DNA of 64,000 bases from Candidatus Cloacimonadales bacterium (GTDB taxonomy: Bacteria; Cloacimonadota; Cloacimonadia; Cloacimonadales; JAFGVF01). A program made the translations under genes and the position numbers. Below the pieces are notes generated by a model. It made no database searches. It was not told where the DNA came from and saw only the letters and a program-made list of their open reading frames with translations. The stretch is from the NCBI GenBank assembly GCA_963662585.1, contig OY759729.1:2304001-2368000 (forward strand), given 5' to 3'. The number at the start of each line of letters is the position of its first letter. Positions within the stretch are counted from its first letter, which is position 1. This document shows positions 47,828-57,824 of this stretch, one piece after another.

Positions 47828-50563
47828 ATGCACAAAATTCTACTAATATTACTACTTTTGCAGGTTTCCCTAATTTTTGGAGCCCAATTCGATATAGTCT
47901 CTGAAATTGAAGAAGATCCTTTGCACATGGGCTTGATGCAAATGGCTGATAACGATAAGTTGGATAATAACGGAGAACTGGGAGCACTGTTGATAGTTAA
48001 TTGTGGCATCCAAGATCTCTTCTTTAAAAATATGGTAAGTAAAATATCTCAGATTGATAAAAGTGGTGCTTACTGGGTAGTTATGAAACAAAGAGCTCAG
48101 TATTTCGTGCTTTCTAAAGAGGGCTTTGCTAATTATAGATATGATTTTCCTACGCCTCTGGTAAGTGGGGCTGTCTATAAAATGACCATTGATGAACTAA
48201 ATAAACAAGCTGCTACAGTTACTTTAGTTATTACCTCCAATCAAGATAAAGCTTCTGTTTATGTAAAAGGTGAATTGATTGGAAAAACAGAGAATAAGCT
48301 TTTAACTATTGATTTACCCTTAGGCAATAATGAGATTGAAGTTAGAAAATCAGGGTTTAAATCTAAGTCAATAACTCATAATTTATCACCTGAAAATAAT
48401 AAAGTTGAAATCAATCTGCAAGCAGTTCTCCCGACCGCAGTTACTATCACCACAGAGCCAGAAGGAGCAAGTGTCTATATCGATAATGTCCTCTTTGGTA
48501 CTTCTCCTAAAAGTAGCTTCTTTGATGAAGGGACTTATCCTATAAAAATCGAAAAAGAGAGTTATGCGACTATTAATGAAGAGATAACTATTAAAGAACC
48601 GGAGACAAAGAAACACTTTAAGCTAAAAGATATCCGGGCAACTTTGACAATTAAGACTAATCCTGGAGCTACTGTAATTTTGAATGGTACAAGCTATAAA
48701 GGTGGTCTAAAAGACCAAAAACTTAATCCTCAAACTATTAATATTAAAGTGGAAGAAGAGTTTTGTGAAACGATTAGTGAGTCTTATACATTGAAGGAGA
48801 ATGAGGTTAAGGTATTTGATTTGTATCCTAAAGATATTCGGGCAACTATAACTATCAAGACAAATTCCGAGGCTATAGTAACGCTCAACGGTATCCAATA
48901 TAAAGGTGGTCTAAAAGACCAAAAACTTAATCCTCAAACTGTTAATATTAAAGTGGAAGAAGAGTTTTGTGAAACGATTAGTGAGTCTTATACATTGAAG
49001 AAGAATGAGGTTAAGGTATGGGAACTATACCCTCAAAACATTTCAGGGACAATAACTATCAATACAAACCCTAAAGCAGAAGTGCTAATTAATGGTAAGA
49101 GCTTTACCGGTAGTATTCAGAAAAAGAAGTACTTACCAGGGAATATCTCTATAAAGGTAACACAAGATTTTTGTGAAACGATTAACGAAAGTTATAGTCT
49201 AAGTTCGAATGAAGATAAAATTTTCGATTTATACCCTCAAAATATCTCCGGTTCAGTTACTATAAACACTAATCCTCAAGCTAAAGTAATAATCAACGGT
49301 GAAGTCTATACCGGAAGTGTTAAGAACAAAAAGTATCTGCCAGGCCAAATCTCCCTTACTGTAACTCAAGAGTTTTGTGAGACTATAAAGGATAATTTTA
49401 TTCTAAACTCAAATGAAGATAAGATAGTTGATTTGTTCCCTAAGGATATATCTGGGTATGTGACTATTAAAACTAATCCACAAGCAAAGATATTTATTAA
49501 TAATAAAGAATATCAAGAAGTCAATAAATTAAGAATGATCCCACAAGTGTTAGAAATAAAGATTCAACAAGCTAAAGCTGATGATATTGAAAAGGTTGTT
49601 ACGCTTAAAGCTGGGGATGATAATACTTTAGAATTATTACCTGAAATAAATAAATCCAGAATTGATATAGTAGTTATTCCCACAACAGCTTCCATTGAGC
49701 TTAAAGGTGATGCAGGAGAACACTACACAGCTATAGGCAGAAAAAGCTTTACCGATATCCCTATTGGGACTTATGATCTGACTATCTCAAATGATGGTTA
49801 CAAAACTCATAAAGAAGCCATTAAGCTTACTGCCGATGATATGGTGCAGAAACAGATTAGCTTGGAAGAAGGTTCTGATATTCCAGATACTTTCGTCTTT
49901 GTTCAAGGTGGCACTGTTAATATTTGGATATATGAGGTAACTGTCTCAGATTTTTATATTGGTAAATATGAAGTAACCCAAGCAGAGTGGCAAGAGGTTA
50001 TGGGCAGTAATCCTTCTAATTTTAAGGGAGATAATAAACCAGTAGAACAAGTAACTTGGTATGATGCTGTAGAATTTTGTAATAAAAAGAGTAGAAAAGA
50101 AGGTTTAGAAGAAGTTTATTCTGGTTCAGGGCCTAATATTAAATGTGATTTTTCTAAAAATGGTTACCGCTTGCCTACTGAAGCAGAGTGGGAGTTTGCA
50201 GCCAAAGGTGGTAATAAATCAAAAGATTATACTTATAGTGGTAGTAATAATATAGCTGAAATTGCTTGGTATGTAGGTAATAGTAATAAATCAACTAAGC
50301 ATGTTGGTGGTAAAAAACCTAACGAACTTGGGATATATGATATGTCTGGTAATGTTTATGAGTGGTGCTGGGATTGGTATGGTAGCTATAGTTCTAATTC
50401 GCAGAGTAATCCTGTAGAACCACCATGGGACTCTTCCCGTATGCTTTTTGGAGGTAGCTGGAGCAGCAGTGCTTACGACTGTCAGGTAGTTAATCGTGAC
50501 TTTATCAAACCGTTTCGTGAAGACAGCGGTATCGGCTTCCGTCTTGCCCGTAGTTCAGAATAG
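47828..50563 (+). CDS. PEGA-repeat protein with C-terminal formylglycine-generating enzyme (FGE-sulfatase/CLec) domain
   Basis: TEPEGASVYID (PEGA); EVTQAEW, RLPTEAEWEFAA, PNELGIYDMSGNVYEWCWD, GGSW...GFRLAR. Confidence 0.9.
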   Translation: MHKILLILLLLQVSLIFGAQFDIVSEIEEDPLHMGLMQMADNDKLDNNGELGALLIVNCGIQDLFFKNMVSKISQIDKSGAYWVVMKQRAQYFVLSKEGFANYRYDFPTPLVSGAVYKMTIDELNKQAATVTLVITSNQDKASVYVKGELIGKTENKLLTIDLPLGNNEIEVRKSGFKSKSITHNLSPENNKVEINLQAVLPTAVTITTEPEGASVYIDNVLFGTSPKSSFFDEGTYPIKIEKESYATINEEITIKEPETKKHFKLKDIRATLTIKTNPGATVILNGTSYKGGLKDQKLNPQTINIKVEEEFCETISESYTLKENEVKVFDLYPKDIRATITIKTNSEAIVTLNGIQYKGGLKDQKLNPQTVNIKVEEEFCETISESYTLKKNEVKVWELYPQNISGTITINTNPKAEVLINGKSFTGSIQKKKYLPGNISIKVTQDFCETINESYSLSSNEDKIFDLYPQNISGSVTINTNPQAKVIINGEVYTGSVKNKKYLPGQISLTVTQEFCETIKDNFILNSNEDKIVDLFPKDISGYVTIKTNPQAKIFINNKEYQEVNKLRMIPQVLEIKIQQAKADDIEKVVTLKAGDDNTLELLPEINKSRIDIVVIPTTASIELKGDAGEHYTAIGRKSFTDIPIGTYDLTISNDGYKTHKEAIKLTADDMVQKQISLEEGSDIPDTFVFVQGGTVNIWIYEVTVSDFYIGKYEVTQAEWQEVMGSNPSNFKGDNKPVEQVTWYDAVEFCNKKSRKEGLEEVYSGSGPNIKCDFSKNGYRLPTEAEWEFAAKGGNKSKDYTYSGSNNIAEIAWYVGNSNKSTKHVGGKKPNELGIYDMSGNVYEWCWDWYGSYSSNSQSNPVEPPWDSSRMLFGGSWSSSAYDCQVVNRDFIKPFREDSGIGFRLARSSE
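48625..49460 (+). repeat. Intragenic ~204-bp (68-aa) tandem repeats, about 4 units
   Basis: Units 'TI.TNP.A.V..NG..Y.G...K..P....V...FCETI.....L..NE.K...LYP..I'. The first two share long stretches of identical DNA. Confidence 0.85.
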
Positions 50564-50696
50564 TTTTTAGCTATAACAACAAGAAATTAGCGAGAGCATT
50601 GCTAGGGTGGCTAATTAAAAAAGCCTACCAAGTAATGATAGAGGTAATTTCGAAAGATGAAGCTTATTGTCAATGGAAGGGTTTCTGCTTTTCTTT

Positions 50697-50786
50697 TGTC
50701 GGATTGAGGACAACCCTGAAGACCGGTTTCCTCAGCCGTAGGCAAGGGACTTCGGACGAAGAAATTTGTCTGTCGGAAGTCGCTAT
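50697..50786 (-). repeat. ~90-bp inverted repeat, right arm
   Basis: Reverse complement of 45718-45807. Confidence 0.9.
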
Positions 50787-50801
50787 TCCGTAAAATTGCT
50801 T

Positions 50802-50849
50802 AAAACTCTGTGAAACTCCTCTTACAACTCATCTTTACTCTGTGTTAAG
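50802..50849 (+). repeat. 48-bp dispersed repeat, copy 2
   Basis: Matches 6163-6210. Confidence 0.85.
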
Positions 50850-50863
50850 GGACTCTTCAAGAA

Positions 50864-50886
50864 GGCGTATGGCAATACGCCCCTAC
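50864..50886 (-). repeat. GTAG-type REP palindrome
   Basis: Reverse complement reads GTAGG-GGCGTAT-TGCC-ATACGCC. Confidence 0.75.
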
Positions 50887-51118
50887 ATTCGCGTTAATTC
50901 GTGTGAATGTCCAGTCCTAAATAATTTGACTGATTTTTGCAATAGTTATTTTCCTTATTAAATCCTTTGAGTCTAAGCTAAGGCTTAGCCTTCACAAGAC
51001 AGGGTAATTTTTGTAGGTACTCTTTACCCAGGGTCAATTCAACTTCGTTTTTTCAAAACTTCTTTGAATGAGACCCTGGGCTAATCTATTTAATCCCTTG
51101 GTGATATTTTCTTAATTA

Positions 51119-51508
51119 GTGAAATTAGTGGATAGAAATAGTATTTTAATAGCTGAAGACAATAAACTTAATTTGAAACTTATCACTACTATTCTGCTTA
51201 AGTTACTTCCTAATGCTAAAATAGATTCAGCTGGAAATGGAATTATAGCAAAAGACAAAGCAACTAAAAGAGCTTATGACATTATATTAATGGACTTACA
51301 GATGCCAGATATGGATGGAATAACATCCACAAAGTTAATTATTGAAGAATTGAGAAGTAAAACACCACCAATCATTGCTCTTACTGCAAATGCCACAGAT
51401 GATGATAGAGCAATGTGTTTAAAAGCAGCTATGACAGGCTTCTTAACAAAGCCGATAAATAAACAGAATCTAATAAAAGTTTTGAACAACAATCTGCTAA
51501 AAAAATAG
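51119..51508 (+). CDS. Stand-alone response regulator receiver domain
   Basis: ILIAEDN, ILMDLQMPDMDG, IIALTANA, FLTKPI; typical of hybrid-kinase receivers. Confidence 0.85.
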   Translation: MKLVDRNSILIAEDNKLNLKLITTILLKLLPNAKIDSAGNGIIAKDKATKRAYDIILMDLQMPDMDGITSTKLIIEELRSKTPPIIALTANATDDDRAMCLKAAMTGFLTKPINKQNLIKVLNNNLLKK

Positions 51509-51543
51509 TAGAGTTTAATTTCTTATTAAAGTATCCACAGCTG

Positions 51544-52251
51544 TTATCTATTTACTAGAGATTTGAAATAGGCAGGAACTTCTGTTTCGAATGTCATTTT
51601 CTTTTTCGTAAAGGGATGTATTATTGATAAAGATGCAGAATGAAGCATGAGTCTTTTTACTCCAGCATCCTTTCCTCCATAGTTTTTATCTCCTGCTACA
51701 GGAAAGCCCTTTTCCGAAAAATGAACCCTTATTTGATTTTTTCTTCCTGTAAAAAGTTCAATTTCCAAAAGACTAAACTTTTGAGTTTCTTTAAGGACTT
51801 TATAACCTGTTTTAGCAAGCTTACCTTTTGTAGGATCATTAACAGAATAGACTTTATGAGCAGTATTTTCTGTAAGATAGGAAGTAATAACTCCTTCTTT
51901 CTCAGCAAGTGTTCCGCATACTACAGCATAGTACTTTTTATTGAATCCCTGCCATTCATCTTGCAGAAAGCGCTTAGCATTTTCATTTTTAGCAAAAACA
52001 AGAAGTCCAGAAGTATCTCTATCAAGACGATGTACGATGAATACTTGTTCTCTAGATTTCTGATTACCTTTTCTTACATACAAATTTAATCGGTAATAAG
52101 CTGTGTTATCTTTAATTCTTTCAGTACTTATTGTTAAGAGTCCGCTAGTTTTATCCACCACTATAATATCTTTATCTTCATAGATAATATCAAGTCCTCT
52201 AGGTTGGTGTCTTTTGGCTGGACTTTTAAAACTTGTTTTATTATTCTGCAT
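51544..52251 (-). CDS. RluA-family pseudouridine synthase
   Basis: VHRLDRDTSGLL, TGRKNQIRVH, GDKNYG, LMLH. Confidence 0.93.
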   Translation of the reverse strand: MQNNKTSFKSPAKRHQPRGLDIIYEDKDIIVVDKTSGLLTISTERIKDNTAYYRLNLYVRKGNQKSREQVFIVHRLDRDTSGLLVFAKNENAKRFLQDEWQGFNKKYYAVVCGTLAEKEGVITSYLTENTAHKVYSVNDPTKGKLAKTGYKVLKETQKFSLLEIELFTGRKNQIRVHFSEKGFPVAGDKNYGGKDAGVKRLMLHSASLSIIHPFTKKKMTFETEVPAYFKSLVNR

Positions 52252-52548
52252 TATGTTTCCTTAAAGTTATTGAAATAGCTTGGGTAATAGTTTAGCTATT
52301 AGTATTTTATACTGATAGCATAGGCTATTCTGTCAAGTAAGAAAAAGCTATTTTAAATCCTACTAATGAAATTAAGCACTTTAGTGAGTAATCTTTCAGT
52401 ATTAATCTAGTCTTAATCTTTACTGGTCCTTTGCTCTTTCTATGCTTCTTCTCTCACAACTTGGATTAAGTTCAAATAATGTTTGTATTGAGTGAGAAGG
52501 AGCAGGGGATGAGAGTTGAATGATAGTTTTATCACTTGCTAGTTAAGC

Positions 52549-55500
52549 TTAGAATGAAATAAATCCACAAAGTACTTTAAAAATTACTGCGATTAAACCA
52601 GGAATAACCCCCAAAAAACCATATCTAACTAGCTTCTTAAAGTAATCTTCAGCAAATGAATAAAAAAGATCTTTAATCTCTTTTGGTTCCATTTTATTAA
52701 TCTCATCTTTAACAACTTTCTCTATATCAATGGAAGCAATAGCTTCATTGAGATTATCTCCTAGGGAATCAAAAACTGATTCTAGTAGGTAATGAAGAAG
52801 TTCTTTTTTTGTTTCAATATCAATTAATGAATTGGCATTCAAGAAGATATCTTTTATAAAAGGGGATATTCTTTCTTCTAAAACAGCAGAATCTTTTTCT
52901 AACAGCTTATTAATAAATTCTTCAAGATCATTTTTCATAATCTCTTCATCATATAAGTCTTCGTTTTGGGTTAATCTGAATAAGATATCTTTAATTAACT
53001 CCTTAAGAGATATCTTTATTCTTTCATCAGATTTGATAAGGGTAAGGAGCTTACTTATTTCCTTACTGAGATTTATATCTTTAAGTAATTCATGATAGTA
53101 GGTATTTGCTGAAATGTCTGTTATGATATCTTCAATAATGGACTTCGACAGAGTGGCTATTTTCTCAGAAGAGTATTCGATACTGTCTTTTATCTGATCA
53201 ACTAAGAACTTAATTAGAGGTGATAGAATCGCTAGCAAATCTCTAAGATTTTTGATATTTATAATTTTAAGTAGTTCCTCTAGTGGGATATCTGCAATAT
53301 CAGTAATTAAATCTATGGCTATTTTAGTGATAGATCTTTTGATCTCATTATTGTTCAAGGTCTCTTTAATATTTAATTCTAGAGAATTTAAGTTGAGTAT
53401 TTGCTCACTAAAACCGATATCCTTTAACTTATAATCTAATACTGGAAGTAGGATACTAAGAATATCTTGCTCTTTTGATTTCAGAAACAGGGGAAGTTTG
53501 TTATTTATGATATCATCAACGATGGGACTTACTTTTGAGGAAAATGCCCCGAAGGGAAGATCTTCTTTAATATTTGTTTTAATTTCCTCTTTATTGCCTT
53601 CAGTTTCTTGGCTGATAATTTCGAGCAGATATGATATATTCTTGGTAAGCAAATCAGGGAAAACACCATTGAATAGTTCTTTCAATCTGTTATTTGGATT
53701 GAATTCCTGTTTGTTTAAATAATCAACAAGCGGTTTTACTAAGGTATCTTTATCTATGTGATCTTGAAGTAAGTCACTTAGTTTTTGGGAAATATTGTTA
53801 ACAAAAGCTTTGCCTACTAAATCCTTTAGAGACTTTTCTGAAACATAGTTTTTATACTCTTTCTTATAGTTGTTAGCTAATTTTATTAATTTATCATAGT
53901 CTAACTCATCTGCAATAGTTTCAAATAAGATATCAATTTTATTACCAAGAAGTTTAACAATAACCTTACTTTGCTGGCCAATCTTTCGATTAAAGATATT
54001 ATCCTCTATGTAATTATGAATTTTATCTGTATAATTACTAGTATAGATCTTATCAACAATCCATTTGTTAATATGAGGCAGTGAATCATCTAAAGACTCT
54101 TTTAAAATACTTTTAATTTTATTAGTTATTAGGATGGCAAGTTTATCAGAATTTAGTCTTGTTAACTCTTGAAGTTCTTGAAATGAAAAAGAGGTTAGCC
54201 TTTCCAGAAAATCACCTTCTCTAAGCAAAACATCAATTATCGCAAAGTTATTATCTGCAATTAGATTGCTTAATGATTCAAGAGCTGAAGCTCTCTCTTT
54301 GTAATATAGCTCTTTAATAGAATCATCACTGAGAAGTTTAGTTTTTACAAAGCTAGAGAGATTTATAGCAAACTTTGGTTTTTGAGCAGGAACAACACCA
54401 ACAAAGGGAGATACAAAAGGTAAAATCTTAATCCAAGGTTTGTAAGGTTTAAAGAGCATCCAGATTGCAATTTGATTAGTTAAAGCACCTGCGAAACCAT
54501 AAACTAGAATAGACATGCCTAATGTTATGTATGGATAAGGTAAAGCTACTGTTGCTCCTGCATAGCCAACACTCATTATAGCTCCTAATACTGCACCAAT
54601 AGTATTAATAGGCCTGAGCTCTTTTCCCATAAACTCTTCAACCATTGCACTTATTTCTTGAGGATTGGATTTACTCAGCTCATTCCTAGCAATAGCTGAG
54701 ATATTGTTTTTTAGAACATCTTTCAAATTATTATGAATTAGGGCATAGGTAGCTTTTTCAATGTTTGTGAAAGATTTCTCATTATTAATTTTAGAATAAA
54801 GCAAGTTTAGTTTGAATTGCTTTATTTCTTGCCATAATTTAGATAAATCTACTTCTAACTTAGGCTTAAGATTTAAGTCTGAGACTAATATATGATTTAA
54901 CAGTGGATATTCTTTTCTTAAGATATTCTTTAGTTTGCCTGCATCAAGTTTTATGTTAATATCAGAATCACTTAAGAAATTAGCTAGTTTGGTATCTTTA
55001 ATATCTTCAATAAATTCAAGTATTTTCTTAGTAATGCTGTCTTTAAGTTTTCCATTATATAAATACTCAGATTTGTATTTCTCAAGTAAATTAGCAAGTA
55101 TTTCTCTCTTTATAATTGATAAATCAAAGGAGAATACTTCTCCAAGCTCTTTAGCTAAGAAATCATCAATGAAGGATATATTATCGATTGAAAGATCTTG
55201 CAGATTCCTTTGCAGTAACTTAGTTAGGATAGGACTAGTTATTATTTTTTCATCTCTGAGTGTTTTAACAATATTCCCCAAGGTGTTAGTCCTAAGATAG
55301 GTAACTAACTGATTAGTCAGTATTCTTGGAGCCCCCTCTCCATACTCCTCAATAGAAGCTTTTATTTTATCTACTATGGAGAATTTCCCAGCAAGATTTT
55401 TAATGAAAATATCTATTAATGACTTAAGAATCTTTGTGAAAATTCCCTTTTGAAACTCTTCATCTATTGCTTGATTAACTAGAGACTCTATTTCACTTTT

Positions 55501-56478
55501 ACTTGAAGTAATTAAGTCAATAACTTTGGCTAGAAGATCAGGCAGTTTATCTATAATGAATCCTTCTAATGAGTTGAGGAAATCATCATCTAATAATTGG
55601 CTTAGAGTCATAGAAATCTTCTCTAACTCATCAAGGATATTATCTATTAAAGCTACTAACAATTTACTGCCATCTTTTGAATTGATAATAGCTACTACTC
55701 TTTTGAAGAGTTCTTTAGATAGATTATCAGGATTATTAATAAAGTCAGCTACTTTCATCTTTTTAAGTTTAGTTTCAAGATTCAAAATCACCTTATCAAG
55801 ATCCATAATTTCCCAAAGTTCCTGGTAAGATTTATTTACTAAATCATCATAATTGGAAAAGTCTACTTTGTTAATTAGAGAGATTGTATTATCAGTTAAT
55901 GAGTGTAGGGCGCGTTCAGAAACTAAGGAGTTAATACTTTGAGAACTTAGGAATGTATAAACTAGCTTATTAATATCAGATTCATAGCTTTTAAGATTAT
56001 TAAATACTTCTTTAGCAGGATGATTAAGAATATAATTAAACTCTTCTTCCGAAATAATGTCAGCAAGAGACTTATTCTTTATTATCTCCATAAGGGCTAG
56101 TAAGAGAGAATCTGAATTATCTTGAAAATAAGCATTTATGTTTTCAAAACTTTTATCAATATTGAGAAGTGAATCTAAGGAAATAGCACCAGAAGTATTT
56201 GGTAATTCTATCTTAATTGTGTCTGTTATTATCTTTCTAAGTATCTCTCTAAATTTGTCAGAATCAAGTTCATTTATTAGTGTTTTATGGGTGATTAAAT
56301 CTTTCTCTACTAAATCAGACATATTCTTGATGAAATCTTCATAGCGGTCTTCGATTACGCCACCCATTTTCCAGTATTTCTTAAAGAGCATCTTAATTGC
56401 GTAATTATTTGTTAAATAGCCTGTTATGCCACCCAAGAAGAAATCTATTATATAATTTAGTATCATTAAAAACCTCAT
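52549..56478 (-). CDS. Very large DUF445-family membrane-anchored helical protein (tandem modules)
   Basis: GGITGYLTNNYAIKMLF at the N-terminus, GALTNQIAIWMLFKPY in the middle, a G-rich TM segment at the end of each half. Confidence 0.75.
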   Translation of the reverse strand: MRFLMILNYIIDFFLGGITGYLTNNYAIKMLFKKYWKMGGVIEDRYEDFIKNMSDLVEKDLITHKTLINELDSDKFREILRKIITDTIKIELPNTSGAISLDSLLNIDKSFENINAYFQDNSDSLLLALMEIIKNKSLADIISEEEFNYILNHPAKEVFNNLKSYESDINKLVYTFLSSQSINSLVSERALHSLTDNTISLINKVDFSNYDDLVNKSYQELWEIMDLDKVILNLETKLKKMKVADFINNPDNLSKELFKRVVAIINSKDGSKLLVALIDNILDELEKISMTLSQLLDDDFLNSLEGFIIDKLPDLLAKVIDLITSSKSEIESLVNQAIDEEFQKGIFTKILKSLIDIFIKNLAGKFSIVDKIKASIEEYGEGAPRILTNQLVTYLRTNTLGNIVKTLRDEKIITSPILTKLLQRNLQDLSIDNISFIDDFLAKELGEVFSFDLSIIKREILANLLEKYKSEYLYNGKLKDSITKKILEFIEDIKDTKLANFLSDSDINIKLDAGKLKNILRKEYPLLNHILVSDLNLKPKLEVDLSKLWQEIKQFKLNLLYSKINNEKSFTNIEKATYALIHNNLKDVLKNNISAIARNELSKSNPQEISAMVEEFMGKELRPINTIGAVLGAIMSVGYAGATVALPYPYITLGMSILVYGFAGALTNQIAIWMLFKPYKPWIKILPFVSPFVGVVPAQKPKFAINLSSFVKTKLLSDDSIKELYYKERASALESLSNLIADNNFAIIDVLLREGDFLERLTSFSFQELQELTRLNSDKLAILITNKIKSILKESLDDSLPHINKWIVDKIYTSNYTDKIHNYIEDNIFNRKIGQQSKVIVKLLGNKIDILFETIADELDYDKLIKLANNYKKEYKNYVSEKSLKDLVGKAFVNNISQKLSDLLQDHIDKDTLVKPLVDYLNKQEFNPNNRLKELFNGVFPDLLTKNISYLLEIISQETEGNKEEIKTNIKEDLPFGAFSSKVSPIVDDIINNKLPLFLKSKEQDILSILLPVLDYKLKDIGFSEQILNLNSLELNIKETLNNNEIKRSITKIAIDLITDIADIPLEELLKIINIKNLRDLLAILSPLIKFLVDQIKDSIEYSSEKIATLSKSIIEDIITDISANTYYHELLKDINLSKEISKLLTLIKSDERIKISLKELIKDILFRLTQNEDLYDEEIMKNDLEEFINKLLEKDSAVLEERISPFIKDIFLNANSLIDIETKKELLHYLLESVFDSLGDNLNEAIASIDIEKVVKDEINKMEPKEIKDLFYSFAEDYFKKLVRYGFLGVIPGLIAVIFKVLCGFISF

Positions 56479-56804
56479 TTATTGCTTTAATATAAGTAAC
56501 TATCAACATAAATATTATGCTTCTTATTATGTCAAGCTGGAATAAATGATGATGAAAATTGTAAGAATACTAGTTGAGGGAGAAGTCTGTTCACTTTTTT
56601 ATCTTGTTCAAATAAAATGAACAGAGAGAAATAATGAACACAAAAATAATAATCTGCTAATATGAAGTACAATGAATAGCTAGATACAATAATAACAAAG
56701 TTTAAAGTTATAGAATAAATAATTAATCCTTGACACTTTCTCATAAGCAATTACTTTTTGTTCATTATGTTGATTATGTTCATTTTTAATAAGAAGGTTC
56801 AATT

Positions 56805-57824
56805 ATGAAAAATTCTGAGAAATCACTAATTTCATTATGTATTGAAGTTGCAAACAAAGCACTAGGAAGTAGATTGAAGATAAAGCCGGTTGATAGTTCT
56901 TTGTCAGGAATAAACTTTGTGTATGGACTCAATTCTTACTATTTTAATACTGAGGTTATTAAGAATATCTCAAGTAATATTCAAATACTTAGACTAAACA
57001 ATAAGCTTAATAATTATGATACTATTATTTTTAGTAATCAAATTTCTCCATCATTACATGAATATATGGTTGAGAATAGATTAAATTATATTGACTTAGC
57101 AGGAAACATGTTCATTGATAGAGATAGTATTCTGATTAATATTAATGGTAAGAAGATCATGAATAGTGCAAATCTACAAGATAAAAATAGACTAGTGTTT
57201 TATAGTTCAAGTTTGAAGATTATCTTTCATCTCTTACATAATAAAGAATTCTGTCAAAACAATTACAGATATATTAGTGCAGTTACAGAAGTTTCATTAG
57301 GTACAATCACCAAGACAATCAAAAAACTTCAGTCTTTTGATATATTGAACAAGGATAAAGGACTGATTCAGCCTAAAAAACTACTTGAAATGTGGATTGA
57401 AAATTATGCTAGGAATATGCGTAGTAAATTAATCATTGGTAAATATTCTTTTACCAAAAAGTTTGATAATGCTGAGATAATAAACAGACTCGGTGATTTA
57501 TCTCAGTCATTTATAGGAAATGAAATGTCAGCAGAAATATTAGACAACTACTTTCAATCAAAAGTTTTATCTATATACGCTAAAGATAATGTTTCAGATA
57601 TTATAAAAAGATTATATTTAAAACCAGATCCTAATGGTGAAATAGAAATCTTAGAGATGTTTTGGAATATTGATGAAATAAAAAACTCCAATTTTAGGCA
57701 AGCTAGTCACTTCAAGGATAAACTTGTTCCATTACTCTTGATTTATACAGATTTAATAAACTCAAATAATTCTAGAGCAATTTCTGAGGCGAAAAGACTT
57801 GGTGAGAAATATGATATCTTATAA
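56805..57824 (+). CDS. AbiEi-like type IV TA antitoxin / wHTH regulator
   Basis: NYIDLAGN, HTH (YRYISAVTEVSLGTITK), VPLLLIYTDL..R..EA; overlaps the nucleotidyltransferase gene. Confidence 0.75.
   Translation: MKNSEKSLISLCIEVANKALGSRLKIKPVDSSLSGINFVYGLNSYYFNTEVIKNISSNIQILRLNNKLNNYDTIIFSNQISPSLHEYMVENRLNYIDLAGNMFIDRDSILININGKKIMNSANLQDKNRLVFYSSSLKIIFHLLHNKEFCQNNYRYISAVTEVSLGTITKTIKKLQSFDILNKDKGLIQPKKLLEMWIENYARNMRSKLIIGKYSFTKKFDNAEIINRLGDLSQSFIGNEMSAEILDNYFQSKVLSIYAKDNVSDIIKRLYLKPDPNGEIEILEMFWNIDEIKNSNFRQASHFKDKLVPLLLIYTDLINSNNSRAISEAKRLGEKYDIL

Noticed and set aside
50599..50793. 64-aa ORF
   Set aside because: It runs through the 90-bp inverted repeat; no RBS or recognisable motif.
45975..51100. 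Complete DGR cassette in this window
   Set aside because: I found no adenine-rich template repeat matching 50430-50563 and no DGR-type RT here; only a candidate target is reported.
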